Source of the DNA: Nitrospirota bacterium
Lineage (GTDB): Bacteria; Nitrospirota; UBA9217
NCBI GenBank assembly: GCA_035516175.1
Contig: DATJAO010000038.1
Span: forward strand, 28,427-92,426
Direction of reading: 5' to 3'
Length of the DNA stretch: 64,000 nucleotides
Below the pieces are notes generated by a model. It was not told the DNA's origin. It did not search any database and was given only the letters and a program-made list of their open reading frames with translations. Numbering within the stretch: position 1 is the stretch's first letter; the number at the start of each line of letters is the position of its first letter. A program made the position numbers and the translations under genes. Below are positions 56,501 to 64,000 of this stretch, piece after piece.

Positions 56501-56914
56501 ATGGCTCAATTCGAGACCTTTGAACATGAGGCGGATATTGGCATACGCGGGTTCGGTGGCAGTATAAAGGAAGCCTTCGAGAACGCAGCAGTTGCGCTGT
56601 ATTCCGTAATGGTGAATATCGACGCCGTAAATCATGTGGAGGAGAGGACCGTTACGGTCTCGGCACCTGACCGCGAACTCCTTTTGGTGGAATGGTTGAA
56701 CGCGTTGCTTGCGATTTCCGATATCGAACGGATGGTCTTCTCGAAGTTTGAAGTGGAGATGGAAGGAACGACGCTCACCGGTGTTGCAAGGGGGGAGACC
56801 CTGGACCGGGACCGGCATGAACCCCACGTGGAAGTAAAGGGCGCCACGTATTATATGTTGAGCGTGAAGGAGCAGGACGGCGTATACACGGCGCAGTGTG
56901 TGGTGGATGTATAG
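56501..56914 (+). CDS. Archease (RtcB ligase cofactor/chaperone)
   Basis: FETFEHEADIGIRGFG N-terminal archease signature. 137 aa. Immediately upstream of rtcB. Confidence 0.8.
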   Translation: MAQFETFEHEADIGIRGFGGSIKEAFENAAVALYSVMVNIDAVNHVEERTVTVSAPDRELLLVEWLNALLAISDIERMVFSKFEVEMEGTTLTGVARGETLDRDRHEPHVEVKGATYYMLSVKEQDGVYTAQCVVDV

Positions 56915-57062
56915 CAGTATGCACCAAAGGCCGAGTACGAAGCTGCAAGTTCAGAATTCCATTAAATCTGGTAGCTGAACTTAATTTGTAATATGGAATT
57001 TGGTGTTTGCAATGCGGGCCTGCACACCAAGTGAAGTTTACTTGGTGTGCAGGAGTGATCAG

Positions 57063-58493
57063 ATGGACCTCAAAGCGGTGCATAGGATTAACGACTACCT
57101 CTGGGAGATCCCGAAGCAAGGTGAGATGCGCGTTCCCGGCAGGATATTCGCGAGCGAAAAGCTGATCCGGGACATGGACGAAAAGGTTCGCGAGCAAGTC
57201 ACGAACGTCGCAATGCTTCCGGGCATTCAGGTCGCATCGATCGCCATGCCTGACGCGCACTGGGGCTACGGCTTTCCCATAGGCGGCGTAGCGGCGTTCG
57301 ATCCGGACGAGGGTGGTATCATTTCCATGGGTGGCGTGGGCTTCGACATCTCCTGCGGCGTGCGGACCATGAAGACCGGCATGACGCGGGAAGAGATTAT
57401 GCCGCGGCTCAAAACGCTCGTTGATGAACTCTTCCGTCGTGTGCCGGCCGGCCTGGGATCCGAGGGGCTTATCAAACTTACGCCTGGTCAGATCGACGAA
57501 ATGCTGCTCGGCGGCGCGGAGTGGGCCCTGCGGAAGGGCTACGGCGTGAAAGAGGACTTGGCATATATCGAGGAGCACGGCAGGATCGACGGCGCGGAGC
57601 CAGACCATGTTTCGGACACAGCAAAAAAACGCCAATACCGCGAGATGGGCACACTCGGTTCGGGTAACCATTACCTCGAGGTGCAGGTCGTGGCTGACAT
57701 CTATGATGAGAGGACGGCGCAGGCGATGGGCCTCAGGAAAGACGACGTCGTGGTCTCCGTTCATTGCGGTTCAAGGGGACTGGGGCACCAGATCGGGACC
57801 GATTATTTAAAGAGCCTCGCCTTTACCCTTCAGAAATACAACATTTCTATCAAAGACCGCGAACTGGCGTGCGCCCCGATCAACTCGCCTGAGGGAAAGA
57901 GATATTTCGGCGCCATGTCTGCAGGCATAAACTGCGCCCTGGCCAACCGGCAGATCATCACTCACCTGGTGCGCGAGATATTCACTGAGGTCTATCCCGA
58001 AGGACGCATCAAGATGCTCTACGATATTAGCCACAATACGTGCAAGGTAGAAACCCATACGGTAAATGGAAAGAAGAAAAGATTGCATGTTCATCGTAAA
58101 GGCGCAACGAGGGCCTTCGGACCAGACCAGATCGACCTTCCCGTTGAATACAGGAACGTGGGACAGCCCGTGCTCATCGGCGGCACTATGGGAACGTCAT
58201 CGTACATCCTTGTCGGGACCAAAGAAGGGATGCAGTCTGCTTTCGGGTCCGCATGTCATGGAGCAGGCAGGGCTATGTCCCGCACCCAGGCAAAGAAGAG
58301 GTGGCATGGCAGGGAGGTCGTGAAAGATCTGGAAGGGATAGGCATTCTGGTTCGGGGACACTCATACGCCGGGATCGCCGAAGAAGCGCCGGAGTCGTAC
58401 AAGGACGTCACCGAAGTGGTGGAAGCAGCACACCATGCGAACCTTGCGCGAAAAGTGGCACGAGTCAAGCCGATTGCGTGTGTGAAGGGGTAG
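57063..58493 (+). CDS. rtcB: RNA-splicing ligase RtcB (3'-phosphate/5'-hydroxy nucleic acid ligase)
   Basis: RtcB motifs AMPDAHWGYGFPIGGV, GSGNHY, catalytic His region SACHGAGR. ~476 aa. Confidence 0.9.
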   Translation: MDLKAVHRINDYLWEIPKQGEMRVPGRIFASEKLIRDMDEKVREQVTNVAMLPGIQVASIAMPDAHWGYGFPIGGVAAFDPDEGGIISMGGVGFDISCGVRTMKTGMTREEIMPRLKTLVDELFRRVPAGLGSEGLIKLTPGQIDEMLLGGAEWALRKGYGVKEDLAYIEEHGRIDGAEPDHVSDTAKKRQYREMGTLGSGNHYLEVQVVADIYDERTAQAMGLRKDDVVVSVHCGSRGLGHQIGTDYLKSLAFTLQKYNISIKDRELACAPINSPEGKRYFGAMSAGINCALANRQIITHLVREIFTEVYPEGRIKMLYDISHNTCKVETHTVNGKKKRLHVHRKGATRAFGPDQIDLPVEYRNVGQPVLIGGTMGTSSYILVGTKEGMQSAFGSACHGAGRAMSRTQAKKRWHGREVVKDLEGIGILVRGHSYAGIAEEAPESYKDVTEVVEAAHHANLARKVARVKPIACVKG

Positions 58494-58828
58494 GTGTAGC
58501 TTCTTTTACAGCGACATTCGCCGCAATGATCCGCTGACCGTGCTGCGGCAGCTTGTTATGCCTCAAATAATTTATCATACGACCCACGCGGCGAATACAT
58601 AATGATCGCCATTCCAAGCAAAGTCTCGATGCTCCAATGATGATAAATCTATCAGGTGCTATTTTTAGCAACTTGCCAACCCCGGAGGATTGAAAGAATA
58701 ATAAGCACTCCGCCATATGCTGCATATGTGATAAAGCAGTACCTGCGAAGTATCAGCCATGATAGCAGCTCGTTCTTTTCGACCTCAATCAAATTCTGCT
58801 CAACGCATACGTCGATTAATGTGAGAAT

Positions 58829-60337
58829 TTACTCCGTGTTCATCTTCGCGGCAGTGCCGGCGAGCGGGGCACGGTTCCACCACCCACCGCCAAGCGCCTG
58901 GAACAACGCTGCCGTATCAGCAAAGCGCGCGGCCTGCGCCTGGACGAGGCCGATCCGCGCTTCCTGGTACTGGCGCTCGGCGTTCAGCAGTGAGAGGTAA
59001 CTCACGGAGCCGAGCCTGAACTGCGTCTGGGTCAGGTCGAGCGTTTCGCGCGCGGCCGCTTCACTGTCCGCCTGTGCCTTGAGTGTACTCGCATCCTCTT
59101 CCAGTGCGCGCAGCACGTCTGCCACATTCTGAAACGCCTGCAAAATGGTCGACTGATACTGTGTCATCGCCTGATCGTGGGCGGCGACTGCAGCCCGGCG
59201 CTTAGCAGAAAGCTCCCCACCGTTAAAGATGGGCTGCAACAAACCTGCGCCAAGACTCCACACCGCTGTTTTGTCGGAGAAAAGCGTGTTGCTTGCGGTA
59301 GTCATTGACCCATAACTTCCGGTAAGCGTTATCTGCGGGTATTGGTTCGCCGTGGCCACGCCAACCTGTGCACTCGCCGCGTGCAATAGCGCTTCCGAAG
59401 CGCGGATGTCCGGGCGTTGGCGCACGAGCGACGACGGCAGGCTTATTGGCAGTTCATTCGGAAGCTGCAGCCCATCGAGATTGAATTCGGGAAGTACCCC
59501 GGAGTCGGCGGGCATCCTGCCGATAAGTATTGCCAGCTGGTGGCGAGTCTGCCAGAGTCCCTTGCTTAGCGCAGGCAGAGTCGCCCGCGATTGCGCGAGC
59601 TGCGAACGCTGGGCAAGCACGTCGGTTCGCGTTGCCCCACCGAGCCGGTACTGGAGTTCGACTAAGTCGAGCTGCTTCTCCTGCGACGACACTATTTCCC
59701 GCATCGCCTGAATCTGTGCGCGAAGGGACACTTCCTTCACAACAGTAGTGACGACGTTCGACGTAATCGTGAGATAGGCCCCTTCAAGCTGAAAGTATTG
59801 GAAGTCGACCTGGGATTGCAGTGCCTCCAGCTCACGCCGCGCACCACCGAAAAAATCGAGTGCATAGGATACGTTCACCGACGCATTGTAGAGCGTGAAG
59901 GGACTGATGGTTAGATTCGGTAGACCGATCTGGGCGCCCGAGATCTTCTCCCGAGTTGCCAGGACGTTCGCGTTCACATTCGGGTAAAGCGCGGAGCCTA
60001 CCAGCGCATTCATGTTCTCCTGCGCTTGGCGGAGCGTCGCTTGGGCGGTCGCGAGCGTCGGGTTGTCCGTCATGGCCTGACGAACAAGCTGGTCCAGCGC
60101 CGCGGAATGGAACAATGTCCACCATTGGGCGGGAATCTCCTGACCCGGTAGTAGGCGCTGGGCCGCTCCGCCGGGCCCCGGCGCGGAAGCGGTCTCAGAA
60201 GGCAGCGCCGTAGATGTGTACGAAGTCACAACCGGGGCCGCAGGCTCGCGATAATTTGGTCCCACCAGACACCCGGTTAACGCTGCGTCAGAGAGGATGA
60301 CAACTGTCAGAATTCTCAGTGGCAACATGTATGTCAT
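58829..60337 (-). CDS. NodT/OprM-family efflux outer-membrane lipoprotein
   Basis: Start chosen at MTYMLPLRILTVVILSDAALTGC (lipobox LTGC). Two OEP repeats. ~500 aa. Divergent from the HlyD/ABC operon. Confidence 0.8.
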   Translation of the reverse strand: MTYMLPLRILTVVILSDAALTGCLVGPNYREPAAPVVTSYTSTALPSETASAPGPGGAAQRLLPGQEIPAQWWTLFHSAALDQLVRQAMTDNPTLATAQATLRQAQENMNALVGSALYPNVNANVLATREKISGAQIGLPNLTISPFTLYNASVNVSYALDFFGGARRELEALQSQVDFQYFQLEGAYLTITSNVVTTVVKEVSLRAQIQAMREIVSSQEKQLDLVELQYRLGGATRTDVLAQRSQLAQSRATLPALSKGLWQTRHQLAILIGRMPADSGVLPEFNLDGLQLPNELPISLPSSLVRQRPDIRASEALLHAASAQVGVATANQYPQITLTGSYGSMTTASNTLFSDKTAVWSLGAGLLQPIFNGGELSAKRRAAVAAHDQAMTQYQSTILQAFQNVADVLRALEEDASTLKAQADSEAAARETLDLTQTQFRLGSVSYLSLLNAERQYQEARIGLVQAQAARFADTAALFQALGGGWWNRAPLAGTAAKMNTE

Positions 60338-60571
60338 GTCCTTGCACCCCGCGGTTTTATGCGTTCGGTAAAATTTACTATAGTGAAGAAAGAAAGATAA
60401 TTCCTGATCGTAAAGCAATTTCAACCTTTCCTATAAGTATATCATGACACCACACTTGTAATCATATATAATAATATTCATGGCATAGTTCATTACAATT
60501 GAAATTCTTGCTAAAATAGAAAGAAAAAGCCAGCCACAATGGCACCAAGACACAAAGAGAGGAACTCGCTC

Positions 60572-61342
60572 ATGAACAAAAAAAAGAGACCGCCGAAAAT
60601 AATACTTATCGCAGTAGCGGTCGTCATCGTGGCGGCAATCGTGGCAAAGCTCTTATTCTTCCAGGGAGAATTTCTCTATGCAGGAACTCTCGAGGCGACA
60701 AAGGTGGATTTGTCTGCGCAGGTCTCTTCGGCGATCGGGAAGGTGAACGTCCAGGAAGGCGACCACGTCGTGGAAAATCAGGAATTGGTGGTGCTGACAT
60801 GCGAGGATGTCAAGGTCGCGTCGGAGCTGGCGAACGACAACTTCCGACGGACAGTGGGCCTCTACAGAACCGGGACCGCCTCGCAGGAGACGATGGACCA
60901 GGTCAAGTACAAGAAAGACGATGCGGACGTGCGTCTTGGCTGGTGCTCCATCAAATCACCAATTTCGGGCGCGGTCCTCAGTCGCTATCATGAACCGGGC
61001 GAATGGGTGAATCCGGGCACTAAGCTTTTGACGTTAGCGAACATCCGGGATATCTGGGCCTACATTTACGTTCCTCAGCCGGACGTTTCAAGACTCCAGG
61101 CCGGTATGAAACTCAAGGGGTATCTACCGGAACTGAACAATCGAGAATTCGAGGGCACAATCATCAAAATCAACGATGAAGCGGAGTTCACTCCAAAGAA
61201 CGTTCAAACGCGGGCAGAACGTACCCGCCTGGTATACGGTGTGAAAGTAAGCTTTCTTGGTTCGAACGAGCAGGAAATCCTCAAACCGGGAATGACCATT
61301 GAAGTAAAATTGCCTCAAAAATTGAAGAGCCCAATTCTCTGA
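60572..61342 (+). CDS. HlyD-family membrane fusion/secretion protein (short form)
   Basis: AGAGAGGA RBS. N-terminal TM (IILIAVAVVIVAAIVA). Lipoyl-like hairpin (KVNVQEGDHVVENQELVVL...IKSPISGAV). C-terminal beta-barrel. Confidence 0.75.
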   Translation: MNKKKRPPKIILIAVAVVIVAAIVAKLLFFQGEFLYAGTLEATKVDLSAQVSSAIGKVNVQEGDHVVENQELVVLTCEDVKVASELANDNFRRTVGLYRTGTASQETMDQVKYKKDDADVRLGWCSIKSPISGAVLSRYHEPGEWVNPGTKLLTLANIRDIWAYIYVPQPDVSRLQAGMKLKGYLPELNNREFEGTIIKINDEAEFTPKNVQTRAERTRLVYGVKVSFLGSNEQEILKPGMTIEVKLPQKLKSPIL

Positions 61343-61481
61343 AGGCGCGAAGAGGGCTGGAAAAAAACAAATGTCACGGTTAAAAAATAAAAAAACCTGT
61401 GCGAGCTTTGTACCTCGGTGTGGCCTATGACCGCGTCGGTTCAATTTTTAGTTCCACCTGTCCGGGTGACGCAACGCTGAT

Positions 61482-62210
61482 ATGTCGCAGATGCCTGTTA
61501 CCATCTCTGTTCACGGGATACGGAAGGTTTTCGGCACTAACCCCGCATTGGACGGAGTGACGCTCGAATTTTCCTCGGGGTTCATGCACGGCGTCATTGG
61601 TCCCGAGGGTGCCGGGAAGACTACCCTCCTGCGCATCATTCTCGGCTTGATGAAGCCGACGGAAGGAACGGTTGAGTTTCAGCGCGGCGGCGAGCGGCTA
61701 GATTTCGAAACTATCCGTCCAAGCGTAGCGTATATGCCGCAGACGCAAAGCCTCTATCCCGATCTTTCCATCAGCGAGCACCTCGATTTTTTCAAGGAGC
61801 TGTACGGAATACCCGACAATCTCTTTCAAGAAAAACGTGAGGAACTGCTCAATATCACCAGGCTTGGTGAGTTCGTTCAGCGTCCTGCGGGGCAGCTTTC
61901 CGGAGGGATGTACAAGAAGCTGGGGTTGATGTGCGCGCTTTTGAGGTCCCCGGCAGTTATGCTCCTGGACGAACCCACAACCGGCGTGGATCCGATCAGC
62001 CGGCGGGAATTTTGGGCCCTCCTTTATCGCTTGCTGGATCAAAAGATTCTGATTCTCGTGACGACGGCATACATGGATGAAGCGGAGCGATGCGGCCGCG
62101 TGCATCTGTTGGAGCATGGGAAGCTTGTTGCAACGGGCGAGCCGCGTGAACTTCTGGCGCGCGAGGAGGTGCGGAGCTTTGATGAACTTTTCCTCAGGCG
62201 AAACGCATGA
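61482..62210 (+). CDS. ABC transporter ATP-binding protein (ABC-2 exporter, first ATPase)
   Basis: Walker A GPEGAGKTT, signature LSGGMYKKLGL, Walker B LLDEPTTGVD. Confidence 0.85.
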   Translation: MSQMPVTISVHGIRKVFGTNPALDGVTLEFSSGFMHGVIGPEGAGKTTLLRIILGLMKPTEGTVEFQRGGERLDFETIRPSVAYMPQTQSLYPDLSISEHLDFFKELYGIPDNLFQEKREELLNITRLGEFVQRPAGQLSGGMYKKLGLMCALLRSPAVMLLDEPTTGVDPISRREFWALLYRLLDQKILILVTTAYMDEAERCGRVHLLEHGKLVATGEPRELLAREEVRSFDELFLRRNA

Positions 62211-63132
62211 GCGTGAAACCGCGGTGGAGGTGAGAAACCTTTCGGTACGGTTCGGCGATTTCTACGCCGTGAACCGGGTTTCCTTCACTGTACGCCGCGG
62301 CGAAACATTCGGATTTTTAGGAGCTAACGGCGCCGGGAAGACGACCACAATACGAGTACTGTGCGGTTTGCTGCGTCCTACGGAAGGAAACGTACGCGTC
62401 GCCGGGGTGAGTTTCGACCACGGGGAACAGGCGGTCAAGTCCAAGGTCGGATACATGTCCCAGAAATTCACGCTCTACGACGACTTGACAGTCGAGGAGA
62501 ATCTGAGTTTCACGGCGAGTCTCCGTAAACTGGACACGGCAACCTATGTGAGACGTCGTCAGGAATTGTTCGACTTTATCGCTTTTGATCGGCCGCTCAA
62601 CACCATCGTCCGCGACCTGTCCGGTGGAACGAAGCAGCAAGTATCGCTCGCTGCGGCGCTTTTGCACGACCCGGAAATCGTCTTCCTCGATGAGCCGACG
62701 GCCGGCGTGACGCCCGCATCTCGGAGCCGCTTCTGGTCGCTTATTCGAAAGCTTGCCGAAAACGACAAGACGGTCTTCGTGACGACCCATTACATGGACG
62801 AGGCAGAGCAATGTGATCGGATCGCGCTCATGCGGGAAGGGAAGATTCTTGCGCTGGACACGCCGGAAGGTCTGAAGCGGTCGATTTTTCCGATGCCGAT
62901 GCTTGAGTTCGACCCCAAAAAACCCTTGAGCTACGCCGAGATTTCAGAGTTGGCCGCACATGAGGTTTTTATGTTTTTCGAACCGTATGGCCTCAGATTT
63001 CACGCCTCGTTTCGAAGCGAAGACGGATGGGAAAGGGTCAGGCCGTTCTTCGAAGAGAAATTCACGATCCGCCAAATAAAGCCATCACTTGAGGATGTGT
63101 TTATTCAAACCGTGGAGAGCAAAGTCGAATGA
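62182..63132 (+). CDS. ABC transporter ATP-binding protein (second ATPase, with C-terminal extension)
   Basis: Walker A GANGAGKTT, signature LSGGTKQQVSLA, Walker B VFLDEPTAGV. Start chosen at MNFSSGE (29-nt overlap with the upstream gene). The track ORF extends upstream from 62077 into the previous gene. Confidence 0.8.
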   Translation: MNFSSGETHERETAVEVRNLSVRFGDFYAVNRVSFTVRRGETFGFLGANGAGKTTTIRVLCGLLRPTEGNVRVAGVSFDHGEQAVKSKVGYMSQKFTLYDDLTVEENLSFTASLRKLDTATYVRRRQELFDFIAFDRPLNTIVRDLSGGTKQQVSLAAALLHDPEIVFLDEPTAGVTPASRSRFWSLIRKLAENDKTVFVTTHYMDEAEQCDRIALMREGKILALDTPEGLKRSIFPMPMLEFDPKKPLSYAEISELAAHEVFMFFEPYGLRFHASFRSEDGWERVRPFFEEKFTIRQIKPSLEDVFIQTVESKVE

Positions 63133-64000
63133 AGACCTTTGTCTGGCGCAGAGCAGCCGCTGTTTCCAGGAAAGAGGTTTTTCACATCCTGCGAGACCCC
63201 TATACCTTGGGGTCGGCGCTCGGGTTGCCGGTTTTCATGGTCATCATGTTCGGCGTCGCTATCGAGTTCAACGTGAAAAACGTCGCTCTTGCGGTATGCG
63301 ATTCGGACCAGACGCAAAGCTCCCGCAGCCTGCTCGACAACTTTGGGAGTTCCCAGTATTTTCTGCTCCACGGGGTTGCTTCACCGTACGAGGCGGTGAC
63401 GGATGTGTCCGCGGAACGCGCGCGTGCCGCGTTGATAATTCCCCCGCGGTTCGAAAAGGACCTCTTCGACGGAAGAGGCGCCGAAGTACAAATGCTGGTA
63501 GACGGTTCCGATAATTCCACGGTGGGGCCAGTGCTGGGTTACATCAGCAGCATTCAAACGATCGCGTCTCGAAGGATTGCCGATTTTGATCCGCCTGCCC
63601 CTTATGAACTTCGAACGCGGTTCCTGTTCAATCCCGAACTAAACAGCCGCTGGTTCGTGATCCCCGGTCTTACTGTCGTGGTCATGTCGATCCTCTCGAT
63701 CCTGCTGACCGCGCTCACTATCGCGCGGGAGTGGGAAAACGGTTCCATGGAACTGCTCTTATCAACGCCCGTGGAGCCGCTCGAAATCATTGTAGGGAAG
63801 CTGGCCCCCTACGGCGCACTCGGGATCATCGCTGTGACTTTCGTCTATGTGATTGCCAGGACTGTATTCGGCATCCCCTTCGTCGGCAATCTGGCGGTCT
63901 TCGGTTTGGGCTGTCTGCTGTTCCTGATGACGTACCTGGCCCAGGGGCTACTCATCTCCGTCGTGACCCGCAAGCAAACAATCGCAATGCAGCTCGCCAT
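63129..64000 (+). CDS. ABC-2 type transporter permease (YhhJ-like), 3' end beyond window
   Basis: The ATG overlaps the upstream TGA (ATGA). N-terminal cytoplasmic segment, TM1, a large periplasmic loop, then clustered TM helices (ABC2_membrane pattern). The frame is open to the window end. Confidence 0.75.
   Translation, partial: MKTFVWRRAAAVSRKEVFHILRDPYTLGSALGLPVFMVIMFGVAIEFNVKNVALAVCDSDQTQSSRSLLDNFGSSQYFLLHGVASPYEAVTDVSAERARAALIIPPRFEKDLFDGRGAEVQMLVDGSDNSTVGPVLGYISSIQTIASRRIADFDPPAPYELRTRFLFNPELNSRWFVIPGLTVVVMSILSILLTALTIAREWENGSMELLLSTPVEPLEIIVGKLAPYGALGIIAVTFVYVIARTVFGIPFVGNLAVFGLGCLLFLMTYLAQGLLISVVTRKQTIAMQLA

Noticed and set aside
62077-62181. Upstream extension of the second ABC ATPase ORF (MKRSDAAACICWSMG...)
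   Set aside because: The extension lies wholly inside the first ATPase gene in another frame. The conserved ABC N-terminus begins at MNFSSGE...VEVRNLSVRFG, so the start was placed at 62182.
1-64000. Scanned for CRISPR repeats, tRNA/rRNA genes, transposases, integrases, toxin-antitoxin pairs and restriction-modification genes
   Set aside because: No regularly spaced direct repeats and no cloverleaf-compatible tRNA candidates in any intergenic region. No transposase or integrase signatures (DDE, tyrosine recombinase) in any frame. The window looks like core chromosome.

Overview
This is a gene-dense (about 90% coding), GC-rich (~55-58%) bacterial chromosomal window. I found no rRNA, tRNA, CRISPR array, IS element or phage gene, so it reads as core chromosome rather than a mobile island. 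Gene content suggests a Desulfobacterota/Myxococcota-like diderm: sigma-54 enhancer-binding regulator, CheX and DUF4388 proteins, FeoB, bacterial sphingolipid-type genes and many lipoproteins.

In order along the window:
- LPS core/lipid A genes (waaA 3' end, lpxK, gmhB) with translationally coupled overlaps.
- The conserved proB-proA-nadD-rsfS-rlmH block, with a TlpA-like thioredoxin inserted.
- A LapA-LapB-like fusion (two-TM LapA-type N-terminus, TPR repeats, C-terminal Cys4 zinc ribbon), then gpmI.
- A roughly 7.3 kb cluster of six secreted or lipoprotein genes: two paralogous LPP20/FlgP-like proteins, a TPR lipoprotein with an SLH-like C-terminus, a transglutaminase-like protein, and two CsgG/DUF799-like lipoproteins. 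I take this as a candidate undescribed outer-membrane assembly, ring or channel module.
- An iron block: secreted FecR-domain protein, fur with an operator palindrome, feoB, and a DtxR-family regulator.
- An NtrC-type sigma-54 activator followed by a sigma-54-type promoter (GG-N10-GC) driving a complete chemosensory operon (cheY-cheW-cheR-cheA-cheB-cheY-cheX-DUF4388) that contains no receptor (MCP) gene.
- A DUF4416-like protein, an Rrf2 regulator and a ~540 bp unexplained noncoding gap.
- A TPR protein, an MqnA-like gene and a CDF metal exporter.
- A candidate bacterial ceramide-synthesis cluster (CerR-like SDR, Spt-like alpha-oxoamine synthase, bCerS-like acyltransferase) with an adjacent CTP-type lipid kinase-like protein and a PAP2 phosphatase.
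- A TolC-SRPBCC-MacA-MacB efflux operon.
- mobA with an unlisted tatA, then recJ, relA/spoT and ridA.
- A CAP-domain lipoprotein, an MltD-like lytic transglycosylase with LysM, an Smr protein and an alpha/beta hydrolase.
- A two-thioredoxin-fold protein with a zinc ribbon, an AmmeMemoRadiSam-type radical SAM enzyme, then archease and rtcB.
- A divergent NodT / HlyD + 2x ABC ATPase + ABC-2 permease exporter running off the 3' edge.

All functional calls rest on motifs I can read in the supplied translations (quoted in each evidence field). No database search was run.
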